Origin: Bdellovibrionales bacterium
Lineage (GTDB): Bacteria > Bdellovibrionota > Bdellovibrionia > Bdellovibrionales > UBA840
Direction: 5' to 3'
NCBI GenBank assembly: GCA_037969075.1
Contig: JBBKWS010000065.1
Span: 1 to 43,623 of the forward strand
Length of the DNA: 43,623 nucleotides
In this document: piece after piece, positions 1 through 8,425 of the stretch
Position numbering within the stretch: position 1 is the first letter of the stretch
Layout: the number at the start of each line of letters is the position of its first letter
Translations under genes and position numbers: made by a program
Notes under the pieces: generated by a model
What the model saw: only the letters and a program-made list of their open reading frames with translations
The model's database searches: none
Told to the model about the DNA's origin: nothing

Positions 1-71
1 TGCGCCCAAGACCTTACTTTCTGTACTTCCATGTAGTCATCGCTGACTATGATTAGTAGAGAACGTGCCAT
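1..71 (-). CDS. 5' fragment of a gene running off the window edge (MARSLLIIVSDDYMEVQKVRSWA...); product uncertain, possibly a small regulator
   Basis: ATG at 71-69, strong SD GGGGAGG at 84-78, open frame to the window edge; sigma-28-like promoter upstream. Confidence 0.6.
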   Translation of the reverse strand, partial: MARSLLIIVSDDYMEVQKVRSWA

Positions 72-125
72 TAAAAACCTCCCCTTATTAGTAAAAAAAT
101 GAATCAATACTGACTCACAATAATC

Positions 126-153
126 CTATCGGCGACTTCTTCTGAGATGATTA
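126..153 (-). promoter_or_regulatory. Putative sigma-28 (FliA/SigD-type) promoter TAAT-N16-GCCGATAG
   Basis: Minus strand reads TAAT, 16 nt, GCCGATAG; close to the TAAA-N15/16-GCCGATAA consensus; ~55 nt upstream of the ATG at 71. Confidence 0.55.
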
Positions 154-311
154 GGAAAAAAAATCCCATTTTGTAACCGTTTGATATATCTGGACTTTTC
201 ACCGGATCATTTTGCCTAGACCTTGTACGCTACTGTAGTAGCATTAGACACATTGCAAAAATTTTATAAAACCCTAGTGAAATCAGTCTTTTACTTGGGG
301 TACCTTGTTTT

Positions 312-341
312 TTGTCAAAATCTTTGCTATACCTGTATATT
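312..341 (+). promoter_or_regulatory. Putative sigma-70 promoter TTGTCA-N18-TATATT
   Basis: Near-consensus -35/-10 just upstream of SD GGAGG (356-360) and the GTG at 365. Confidence 0.4.
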
Positions 342-364
342 CCTGAAACATCTATGGAGGTCCA

Positions 365-811
365 GTGTTAGAAATCGAACGTAAGACTAGCATCATGTCT
401 GCAGCAAAAAAGGCTAGCTCAAAAGAGGCCGATAAATTTGCTAAGTACAATAAGTACGGTAAAAACTATGAAGACATCCTCTCTATGGAAGAGAATGCTT
501 ATCCTGAGTTTACCCTGGCAAAAAATAAAGCTCGTTTTCTACGTATGGTAAACTGGTACAAACAAAAACAAGAATGGCTAGAGGTAGCTCCGTTTAGCGG
601 CTTAACAAAGCTTTTTAAGATTCAAACTAAAGAGCTCGAGACAATTCGCTCTTGTAAAATGGATTATGAAATGGAACTAGAGATGGATACATTAACTCCA
701 TCTCAACGCTCTTACAGAAAAGATGAGTTAAAAATGTATGAAATGCACGAGCGCATGGCGGTTAGCTTGATTTCAAAAATGCAGATGAAGTTAAAATCAG
801 GCCGCAGATAA
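365..811 (+). CDS. Hypothetical basic, helical cytoplasmic protein
   Basis: 148-aa ORF with SD GGAGG before the GTG and a downstream terminator; no motif recognised. Confidence 0.75.
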   Translation: MLEIERKTSIMSAAKKASSKEADKFAKYNKYGKNYEDILSMEENAYPEFTLAKNKARFLRMVNWYKQKQEWLEVAPFSGLTKLFKIQTKELETIRSCKMDYEMELEMDTLTPSQRSYRKDELKMYEMHERMAVSLISKMQMKLKSGRR

Positions 812-1321
812 AAAACTTACCATCGCAGTAAATATTCCAACATTTGCTGCTACCCAAAGGGCTCCTTTAATAGGGGCCTTTTTTATTTTAGTCATAGCTT
901 GGCGCTGATTAATCCCTACTAATTCTTCTTCTACCTTTAAACGACTTTCTTGATCCGAGTAATGCGTTTTTCCGCCAAAGTAGGTGTAGTTTTCATCGTC
1001 TCTGCTAAATATAATTTCAAATTTACACTGCACCTTATCCATACGAAAAGGAGCCATCTTAACATCTAAGACATCCCCGTCTCCTACTTTTAAAGAGTCA
1101 TTCACATCTAAAATGGATAAGTGTAGTTTATTACTTAAAAACAAAGACTCTGTCTCAAGTACTAGATCATTCAAAAAGTCTTTTCCGGCGCGCTTTGGCA
1201 GGGCAATACAAAAACCGTCTACTGACAAATTATATAGATAAGCAACTGTCGATGTTTCTGCTTTTTGTACTAAAATGGGATAAAACTTTCTTCCATTGAG
1301 CTGGTGTCTATCTTGTCTCAT
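797..1321 (-). CDS. PilZ-domain (c-di-GMP receptor-like) protein with C-terminal transmembrane helix
   Basis: N-terminal RQDRH (RxxxR-like) and NLSVDG ([DN]xSxxG) motifs; hydrophobic C-terminus ALWVAANVGIFTAMVSFL. Confidence 0.65.
   Translation of the reverse strand: MRQDRHQLNGRKFYPILVQKAETSTVAYLYNLSVDGFCIALPKRAGKDFLNDLVLETESLFLSNKLHLSILDVNDSLKVGDGDVLDVKMAPFRMDKVQCKFEIIFSRDDENYTYFGGKTHYSDQESRLKVEEELVGINQRQAMTKIKKAPIKGALWVAANVGIFTAMVSFLSAA
857..889 (+). terminator. Putative intrinsic terminator for 365..811, lying inside the antisense PilZ gene
   Basis: GGCTCCT-TTAAT-AGGGGCC stem-loop followed by a T tract. Confidence 0.5.
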
Positions 1322-1344
1322 GTGTAAATCTCCCTACCCTAACA

Positions 1345-1372
1345 AGTTCGGACCTAAAGTCTTAGGACTTTA
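1345..1372 (-). promoter_or_regulatory. Putative sigma-28 promoter TAAA-N16-TCCGAACT for the PilZ gene
   Basis: Minus strand TAAA, 16 nt, TCCGAACT; same spacing as the element at 126-153. Confidence 0.45.
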
Positions 1373-1423
1373 GGGATTTAAGTAGAGGCTAGGTTTATCT
1401 GGACTTTAGGACTAATATAGCCC

Positions 1424-2878
1424 TCATAAGGCTCTGATAAGCTCTCGTCTTCGATATTCAAACATTTGATAGTGTGGGGATAACCTACCACCAGTAAATA
1501 TATCTCGAAGGGCTTTTTGGTTTTCAGGCAAATCCAAATCTTCTAAGGCTTTGATGAGTTGAGGGTCTATGGGATTATTTTTTATGCTACTTGTAGGATC
1601 GTTAACCACATCAATATTTTGATTGAAATTTTTAAGCCAAGGAATGTGTCTTAAAATATAGTATGGTCTAAATATAATACCGTGGTCTATCAACGCTTTA
1701 ACTGCACCCATTCTTACTACCGTATTGTGCGGCCCCATTTCATTACGTCTATCTTGATTTATAATTAAATAATCAAAGATATCCATTGTCGTAGTAGATG
1801 TACTGTTTTTTATATTATAATCTAACCACCTAGCCTGCCCTTGCAAAGGTTTAATCATTACTTGCAAAGAGTGGTTTGTGCCGTTTATTTTTCTTATAAC
1901 AGTCGTGCTTATCATATTTAAATTTAAAAGCTCTGAGATTTTATACGCGGTCACTTCATGATTAGGATTTTGCCTACCTGTCTTAAAACCAGATTGCTTC
2001 TTTGCAATTACTCTTATTCCTGGAGCAAGCTCATATACATTGGATTTTGTTACACCACCCACATACATATCACTTACTATTAACTCATTACTTCTAAGTA
2101 CCTCTAATACATATTGCTGCAGCTCTTCTGCCCGCTTAAAATCATTAGCTGACCTAAATGACCAAATGGCCTCTTGGTACATCAAATGATCTAAATAGCT
2201 TTCACCCAACCTATGGTACATTTTTTTTGCAGCTACTTTGTCTGTAGTCGAATTACTGTTTTTAAGACGTGCTGCCGCAAGTTCTAATTCACTCCAGTGG
2301 TTTTGTCGTACAGTATCTAATGATGTTACATTGAATGCATCCCGAAATTCTCTATCAACTTTTAGCTTATTCAAAAATAAAGATAGATTTTCTATATAAT
2401 TACCAGGGCTGTTAGGTAATTCAAATTTTAAAGCTACTGTAATTTCATTAGCTAGATCTTCCCGACCTGCGCGCATTAAAGTCCATATGGCTTCTTTTGC
2501 GTACCAACCTTGAAGGTATAAATTAGATAATTCTAGATAAGCACCTTCATTACTGGGCTCTTTGGCAATCTTATTCTCTTGCTCGTGTATCTTAGCATAA
2601 TAATCCGCTGTTACATTGGATGGCTTTTTAGCTAAGAAAGCTACTTTCGGAAGCTTTGCATACTCCGCCATATAATACGTGCTAGGCATTTCAGGCAGGT
2701 CATTATAATCTTTAGTTAAGCGCGCGAGTTCTAAAACAGTATGATTAAAATCAACCGAAGAATGTGAGTCGGCAAATATGACCGAGCATTCAGGGTTTGA
2801 GCTTGCCAATACAGAGCTAGACGCTAGTGTGAAAACCACTAACCCTATTACATGAATTGCTGCCCGTATCCTTCTCAC
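1424..2878 (-). CDS. Secreted protein with TPR-like repeats and a C-terminal PI3/PI4-kinase-like (atypical kinase fold) domain
   Basis: Signal peptide ending SVLA-S; kinase motifs GGVTKS, VIAK, HEVTAY, FDYLIINQDRR...N, LIDHG; two EAIW helical repeats. Confidence 0.7.
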   Translation of the reverse strand: MRRIRAAIHVIGLVVFTLASSSVLASSNPECSVIFADSHSSVDFNHTVLELARLTKDYNDLPEMPSTYYMAEYAKLPKVAFLAKKPSNVTADYYAKIHEQENKIAKEPSNEGAYLELSNLYLQGWYAKEAIWTLMRAGREDLANEITVALKFELPNSPGNYIENLSLFLNKLKVDREFRDAFNVTSLDTVRQNHWSELELAAARLKNSNSTTDKVAAKKMYHRLGESYLDHLMYQEAIWSFRSANDFKRAEELQQYVLEVLRSNELIVSDMYVGGVTKSNVYELAPGIRVIAKKQSGFKTGRQNPNHEVTAYKISELLNLNMISTTVIRKINGTNHSLQVMIKPLQGQARWLDYNIKNSTSTTTMDIFDYLIINQDRRNEMGPHNTVVRMGAVKALIDHGIIFRPYYILRHIPWLKNFNQNIDVVNDPTSSIKNNPIDPQLIKALEDLDLPENQKALRDIFTGGRLSPHYQMFEYRRRELIRAL

Positions 2879-2911
2879 ATCATTTCCTGTTTAGTATTTA
2901 TAAGTATTTAC

Positions 2912-2927
2912 AGCAAGATAGGTGCCA
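2912..2927 (-). promoter_or_regulatory. Sigma-54 (-24/-12) promoter TGGCACCTATCTTGCT
   Basis: Exact TGGCAC-N5-TTGCT consensus 33 nt upstream of the start at 2878. Confidence 0.8.
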
Positions 2928-2945
2928 TCAGAAAAACTACCTATT

Positions 2946-2965
2946 AGCCTATAGTTGAATAGGCT
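2946..2965 (-). terminator. Possible terminator hairpin downstream of the heme lipoprotein gene
   Basis: AGCCTAT-AGTTGA-ATAGGCT perfect 7-bp inverted repeat. Confidence 0.35.
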
Positions 2966-3022
2966 TTAGACAGTGACAATTAACGGAATTCTCAGCTTGT
3001 CTAATAGCTATGATTAGTAGAG

Positions 3023-4513
3023 TTAATATTTTTCTCTGTATTTACTCTCAATAGATTCGCAGTACTTAATAAAATTAGCATCTTCATGATACAGCTTATC
3101 ATAAGCTTCTCCAAACTGATCTGGGTTGATACTACTCGATGTAGAATGATCAAAGAGCTGTTTTACATTCTGCCATTTATTTCCAATCTCAGAATCAAAG
3201 TACGGAATGCCTGACCTAATTCGCAGATAAGTTACCGTATCAACCTCACCAATAGATCTTAGATCACTAAAATCCTCATCTGCTAAATAAGCCCCTATCA
3301 TGTTGGCGGAGCCCCAAGCTGGATGAAACGTAAATTTAATGGGATTAAAGTTAAGATCCTTCACACCCTCATCTAAGCCTAGAGATAAAAATCCATAATA
3401 TATTTTTCGCACCGTATCTAATTGTTTTATCGTATAAAGGGCCCGGTAGAAGTCATTTGTTTCTAGCAGCCTTGGTTCAAGAACTTTCATGCCTATGCGG
3501 TCATAAATTGTTTTTAATTTTCTATTCCCTTCTTCAGAGGCATAGGGATCAGGGAACTCAGAGTTTTCTGGGTACATCTTTGAAAAATTCTCGCAATCAC
3601 TTAAAGCTGCCACTATAAAATATTTGTATTTATCATAATTTGTGCCCAAAATCTCTTTGGATTTAGCCACATTTCTTTGGTGATTTTTTTTGGCTAATAG
3701 CTCATTAAATTCATTTACTGGAGTGGTCTCTTGAAAACTTGCTGTAGATGACTTTTCGATAAAATTATAACCTTCTAACGAGAAGTCACCGGCACTTGTC
3801 CTAGAAATGAATGTAGAAATTTGAGAGCGATTCATATACGGATACTTTCCCGCTGTAGATAAAACGTCTAAATGCTTGTACCGATCAATATTATGGCTAC
3901 GGATATATGCTCCTGATTCATATATAACTGCTTTCCCAGTAGATGATGTGACGGCAAGTCTAGCTAATTGGAAGGCGTTATTTCTTAAGTTACTATTGGG
4001 CCACGTATAAGCGTCGTACGCGCCAATAGCGATTCCACCACGGTGACAGCGCATGCACTCTGCTGGATTTTTTGCACCGATACTAACTGTCTTACTATCT
4101 TTATAGTGGACCGAGTACAATTCAAACTCTTGCTGCTTCTCGTTCCACTGCAATATCTCTACATCTTCTCTACCATCTTCGATCGTTGGGCATCCAACAA
4201 TGGACATAATGAATGTTGCATCTGCATTGCGCATTAATATTCGAGGGCAATAAGAATAACTTTTTTGCAAACTTGAGGATTCCCAAATTGGAATAAACTC
4301 TTGCGTATATATTTTTGTATCAATGTCGCTAGATAGCTTTTGTAAAACCTCATCCACCGAACGAGACTCTAGCAAAATACGCTCTACCTTTTTATCAATT
4401 AGCGGACTTTCTGTTACGATTTGAACCGGCGAAGATATATTTGAAATTGATTTTTCAGCGCTACAACCACCAAGTAAAAAACCAATTAAAATAGCAGTAT
4501 AAACTTTTATCAT
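3023..4513 (-). CDS. Lipoprotein with a single c-type heme-binding motif
   Basis: Likely start MIKVY at 4513 (ORF extends to 4549); lipobox LLGG-C; CxxCH motif CMRCH. Confidence 0.65.
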   Translation of the reverse strand: MIKVYTAILIGFLLGGCSAEKSISNISSPVQIVTESPLIDKKVERILLESRSVDEVLQKLSSDIDTKIYTQEFIPIWESSSLQKSYSYCPRILMRNADATFIMSIVGCPTIEDGREDVEILQWNEKQQEFELYSVHYKDSKTVSIGAKNPAECMRCHRGGIAIGAYDAYTWPNSNLRNNAFQLARLAVTSSTGKAVIYESGAYIRSHNIDRYKHLDVLSTAGKYPYMNRSQISTFISRTSAGDFSLEGYNFIEKSSTASFQETTPVNEFNELLAKKNHQRNVAKSKEILGTNYDKYKYFIVAALSDCENFSKMYPENSEFPDPYASEEGNRKLKTIYDRIGMKVLEPRLLETNDFYRALYTIKQLDTVRKIYYGFLSLGLDEGVKDLNFNPIKFTFHPAWGSANMIGAYLADEDFSDLRSIGEVDTVTYLRIRSGIPYFDSEIGNKWQNVKQLFDHSTSSSINPDQFGEAYDKLYHEDANFIKYCESIESKYREKY

Positions 4514-4618
4514 GAGTCTGTAGTATCTTGATAGAGGCCCTAAATACATAAGTTATGATGTTTAGGTGTTTTTTTCACTTATACGTATTAAAAAAAACTC
4601 ATGGCAGGCTGTAGGAGC

Positions 4619-5110
4619 CTAAAACTGAAGCCAGCTTTTGAACATTGGCCAAAACGAATACAAACCTAAGAAGCTACCCATTACACCCAGCAGATAAATA
4701 ATGATACGTAAGGGCTGCAAACGAATCTCATCACGCAGAAGAATAAAACCATCTTTCATGGATGTTTCAAGCGAATCGACGCGCTTATCAAGAGCATCTA
4801 TTTTTGCGTCAAACTTTGTGTCTAACAAATCTATTTTTTCGCCAAACTTTGTGTCTAACAAACCTATTTTTTCGCCAAACTTTGTGTCTAACAAATCTAT
4901 TTTTTCACCCAAATTTCGATCCACAAGGTTAATTTTTTCACCCAAAAAATTTATGCTTTTCGATAGGTTTTTATAAATTATTTGCCCATCTTTTTGGGTC
5001 AATAAACCGTTTTTAAGATCCACCATGGTTTTCACCTGCACTTCAGCCTGAGTTCTTGAAAAACCCGAGCTCTCAAATTTTTTTATAAGTTCTATGGTAT
5101 CCATCGACAT
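4619..5110 (-). CDS. DUF1640/CCDC90-like (Bdr-like) coiled-coil protein with 11-residue KID repeats and C-terminal membrane anchor
   Basis: N-terminus DTIELIKKFESSGFSRTQAE typical of DUF1640 heads; repeats KIDLLDTKFGE; terminal TM IIIYLLGVMGSFLGLYSF. Confidence 0.75.
   Translation of the reverse strand: MSMDTIELIKKFESSGFSRTQAEVQVKTMVDLKNGLLTQKDGQIIYKNLSKSINFLGEKINLVDRNLGEKIDLLDTKFGEKIGLLDTKFGEKIDLLDTKFDAKIDALDKRVDSLETSMKDGFILLRDEIRLQPLRIIIYLLGVMGSFLGLYSFWPMFKSWLQF
4811..4942. repeat. 33-bp coding tandem repeat: three near-identical copies plus one degenerate copy
   Basis: AAACTTTGTGTCTAACAAATCTATTTTTTCGCC-type units at 4811, 4844 and 4877; degenerate unit at 4910. Confidence 0.9.
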
Positions 5111-5149
5111 TCCTTTTTATAAATTAAGTAGTTTTTTTAATTTTATAAA

Positions 5150-5165
5150 AGCAAGTGAGGTGCCA
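5150..5165 (-). promoter_or_regulatory. Sigma-54 (-24/-12) promoter TGGCACCTCACTTGCT
   Basis: Exact TGGCAC-N5-TTGCT consensus 39 nt upstream of the ATG at 5110. Confidence 0.8.
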
Positions 5166-5316
5166 ATGTGATTTGAAATATAAGGATGTATGATTTTATT
5201 CTGTCCGTAATCGGAATGGATTTACGGATTTTTATTTGAAAAGTAGAGTGCTGATCGTGTGACCAGTACTTTACTTAACATAGTTTGGCTTATTCTTTAG
5301 GTTATTGTAGTCACTG

Positions 5317-6039
5317 TTAGCAGTTTATTGCTATATCACCGTACCAGTATCCTTCTGAACGTTGAATTTTAATTATCCTTTTGAACCCTTCAGATTTTTT
5401 TCCATTTTCTTCGAGAACATCAATAATAAGCTTCGAATCTAAAATTTCACTATAACTTATATCAAATATAAGTTGAAAAGCGATATAGTCTTCTAATGGA
5501 ACAGGCCCACTTATACCTATCCAGTGAATCGTCTGATCAGTATTAGCTGTGATCATGCCCTTGATACGAGAACGAGCTTCGATTCTAGTAGGATAAACAT
5601 TTTTAGCATTCTTCATTTTCAAAAAAATTCCATTTGGATTAAAAGCCTTGGCTCTAAGAGCTTGTGTTCCATGCCATCTAGGTGAGAACCACATATCGAT
5701 AACTACTTCCTTAGAACTACTTAGTAAAAAAGAATGTTCCCGAACATCAGAAATTCCAGAAAGCCATGGAATCAATGGTATAAAGAGTGGAGCAAAAGCT
5801 ACATTGCGACGAAAATTCTCATGGTTTACTTTTAATCCCCATCTAAGCTCGTCAGTAAAAAACTCAAGTCTTGTAGATCCTTCACCTGATATACTGTTCC
5901 TCGGATCACACGACCGCCATGCGCGGCCCCCTGGGGCCTCCATGCCAATACCAGATTCATATTCAAGCATAGCGCAGCTAATATTCATAAGAAGAATGAA
6001 TATTTTTAAAAAATTATGCATTACATTTTTAAATTTCAT
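5317..6039 (-). CDS. Hypothetical probable lipoprotein
   Basis: 240-aa ORF; hydrophobic N-terminus ending MNIS-C; no known domain recognised. Confidence 0.6.
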   Translation of the reverse strand: MKFKNVMHNFLKIFILLMNISCAMLEYESGIGMEAPGGRAWRSCDPRNSISGEGSTRLEFFTDELRWGLKVNHENFRRNVAFAPLFIPLIPWLSGISDVREHSFLLSSSKEVVIDMWFSPRWHGTQALRAKAFNPNGIFLKMKNAKNVYPTRIEARSRIKGMITANTDQTIHWIGISGPVPLEDYIAFQLIFDISYSEILDSKLIIDVLEENGKKSEGFKRIIKIQRSEGYWYGDIAINC

Positions 6040-6206
6040 ATTTAAGAATTAACAATCTCTATATGCAAAGTCAAAAGTCCAATACATAAAAGCCATAATT
6101 CGCATACAAAAGCATTGACCTGTTGATTCAACTAATAATCTACTGCTTGGGCAAAGCTACCGCCGGCGCAAGCGGTGCCTTATTAAGTATTAGTAGTTTT
6201 GACCAA

Positions 6207-7181
6207 CTACTCAAGCAAACGCTTTTTAGCCTCTTCATACTCAGACCACATACGACCCAGAATATCTTTTAATGGCTCTACTTTGTCAGTAAACTCTAAT
6301 GAAGGACCTGCACACCAAACGGTTTTATAGGTCGAGGCAAAGGCAGCCTTTTCGATCATCTTCATGCCTTTATAATGCGTAAGCATCTTGGCATATTTTT
6401 TTAATTGTTTGTTATGATTTAAAACTTTCTCTAGCGTGTTTTGCTCAGTCCCGATTTTTTTAACATAATCCGTATTGATCACCGTGCATGGAGTACCAGA
6501 CAACTTAGTCGTCATCACAATATCCCCTGCTGTATAGTCAATGCAGGCTTGCTTGTATTCTTTAGACACAGGCGCTTCACTACATGCGATAAATGGAGTG
6601 CCTACAGACAACCCATCAGCTCCGAGTGCAAGCATGGATAAAATGCCTTCACCTGTTGCTACGCCGCCGGCGGAGATTACAGGAATCGGGCTCATACGCT
6701 TTAATTTAGGAATAAGTATGCTAGCAGGAATATTTCCAGCGTGCCCACCAGCACCTGAATTAACGGCGATAAGTGCGTCAGCACCTAAATCAATTACTTT
6801 TTTAGAATAATCCTCATCAACCACATCGCAAAAAACTTTAGCGCCATTTTTATGGGCCTCTTTGATCACCTCTTTTGGGCTACCAAGGGATGTAATAAAA
6901 TAGTCCACGCCTTCATCTAAGCAAATTTTTAAATGCTCTTTCATATAAATATTAGAAGCATTCACTATAAGATTAATCCCAAAAGCTTGTTTGGTGTGTT
7001 TTCGAATATTTTTTAAAGATGCTCTCAAGTCTTCTGGCGTGCGGAAATTTAAAGAGGGAATGGCAGCAGTTGCGCCAAACTCACAAGCCGCAATCACCAT
7101 TTGATCGTTGCTCACTAAAAACATAGGAGCAACAATCATCGGGTATTTAATATCTAAAAGAGTAGAGAGTGACGTTTGCAT
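6207..7181 (-). CDS. Nitronate monooxygenase / FabK-like FMN-dependent oxidoreductase
   Basis: PMIVAPMFLVS, AGGHAG, VISAGGVATG, GTPFIA motifs; start overlaps the ald stop (TAATG). Confidence 0.9.
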   Translation of the reverse strand: MQTSLSTLLDIKYPMIVAPMFLVSNDQMVIAACEFGATAAIPSLNFRTPEDLRASLKNIRKHTKQAFGINLIVNASNIYMKEHLKICLDEGVDYFITSLGSPKEVIKEAHKNGAKVFCDVVDEDYSKKVIDLGADALIAVNSGAGGHAGNIPASILIPKLKRMSPIPVISAGGVATGEGILSMLALGADGLSVGTPFIACSEAPVSKEYKQACIDYTAGDIVMTTKLSGTPCTVINTDYVKKIGTEQNTLEKVLNHNKQLKKYAKMLTHYKGMKMIEKAAFASTYKTVWCAGPSLEFTDKVEPLKDILGRMWSEYEEAKKRLLE

Positions 7182-8287
7182 TAAACTTTAAACGGGCGGT
7201 ATTCCATGTTTAGGTCGTTTGCTACTGCTTCATAAGCAACATAACCACCATAAACATTTAAACCTTTGTATAAGCCAATATCTTTTGCAATAGCATCTTC
7301 TACACCCATTTGCGCAAGCATTCTAGCGTACCACAGAGTAGAGTTAGTAAGAGCATACGTTGATGTACGAGGTACAACACCTGGCATATTTGGAACACAG
7401 TAATGAATCACTCCATCTATTTCAAATGTTGGGTTCACATGTGATGTCGGCTTACAAGTAGCAATGCAGCCACCTTGATCGACAGCAACATCAACAACAA
7501 CAGAACCGGCACCCATGGTTTTAATCATATCATGACTAACTAAGTGCGGAGCCTTTTTACCAGGAATTAATACCCCACCAATAAGTAAGTCTGTTTCTTT
7601 TACTTTTTCTTCGATGTTCGTGATGCTTGAATATAAAGTATTTACTCGACCTTGAAACACATCATCAATGTATTCCATACGCTTGTGATTTACTTCTAAG
7701 ATAGTAACTTCTGCACCTAGGCCAATTGCCATTTTAGCAGAGTTTATACCTACAACACCACCGCCAAGCACAGTTACCTTTGCACGTTTCGTTCCAGTCA
7801 CACCACCCAAAAGAATACCTTTACCACCATGATCTTTTTGTAAGTAGTAAGCGCCAATTTGTGTGGCCATCCGACCCGCAACTTCACTCATAGGGACGAG
7901 TAAAGGCAAGCTTCCATCTCTTGCTTCAATGGTTTCATAAGCGATAGCTTTTACTTTTTTATCACAAAGAACTTTTGTCAATTTTGGCTCTGCAGCTAAA
8001 TGCAGGTATGTATATAAAATTTGATTTTCTTTTAGCAGATCATATTCATCCGGCAGAGGCTCTTTTACTTTTACAATCATTTCAGCTTTTGCATAAAGAT
8101 CTTTAGCTGTATCTAAAAGTGATGCTCCTGCTTTTTCAAATGCTTGGTTCGAAATCCCGCTGCCAACGCCCGCATCTTTTTGAATAAATACTTTATGGCC
8201 ATCGGCTACAAGTTGACGTACTCCAGCCTCTGTCATTCCGACGCGATTTTCACTGATTTTTATTTCTTTAGGTACACCAATAATCAT
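7181..8287 (-). CDS. ald: Alanine dehydrogenase
   Basis: [52 protein letters not shown]. Confidence 0.97.
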   Translation of the reverse strand: MIIGVPKEIKISENRVGMTEAGVRQLVADGHKVFIQKDAGVGSGISNQAFEKAGASLLDTAKDLYAKAEMIVKVKEPLPDEYDLLKENQILYTYLHLAAEPKLTKVLCDKKVKAIAYETIEARDGSLPLLVPMSEVAGRMATQIGAYYLQKDHGGKGILLGGVTGTKRAKVTVLGGGVVGINSAKMAIGLGAEVTILEVNHKRMEYIDDVFQGRVNTLYSSITNIEEKVKETDLLIGGVLIPGKKAPHLVSHDMIKTMGAGSVVVDVAVDQGGCIATCKPTSHVNPTFEIDGVIHYCVPNMPGVVPRTSTYALTNSTLWYARMLAQMGVEDAIAKDIGLYKGLNVYGGYVAYEAVANDLNMEYRPFKV

Positions 8288-8425
8288 GATTATCTCCTTA
8301 GAGAATCCTCTCTCTAAAATAGTGTTCTAGTGATTTATAAATTAGTATCTTAAGAGAGGAAAAAGAAATCTTCGCTTTCTCGCTGTTGATGCCTTGCGCT
8401 AGTATAAAGAAGCCTGAATTTCAGG

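Noticed and set aside
4811-4942. 33-bp direct repeats as a possible CRISPR array
   Set aside because: Units are contiguous with no spacers, are in frame within a CDS, and there are no cas genes.
6145-6180. GC-rich GGGCAAAGCTACCGCCGGCGCAAGCGGTGCC resembling part of a c-di-GMP-I riboswitch or a REP element
   Set aside because: Lacks the GAAA tetraloop stem, has no downstream gene on that strand and occurs once; more likely a terminator-like hairpin after the NMO gene.
8306-8360. TCCTCTCT...AGAGAGGA inverted repeat upstream of ald
   Set aside because: Low-complexity 8-bp arms 39 nt apart; no recognisable riboswitch or operator consensus.
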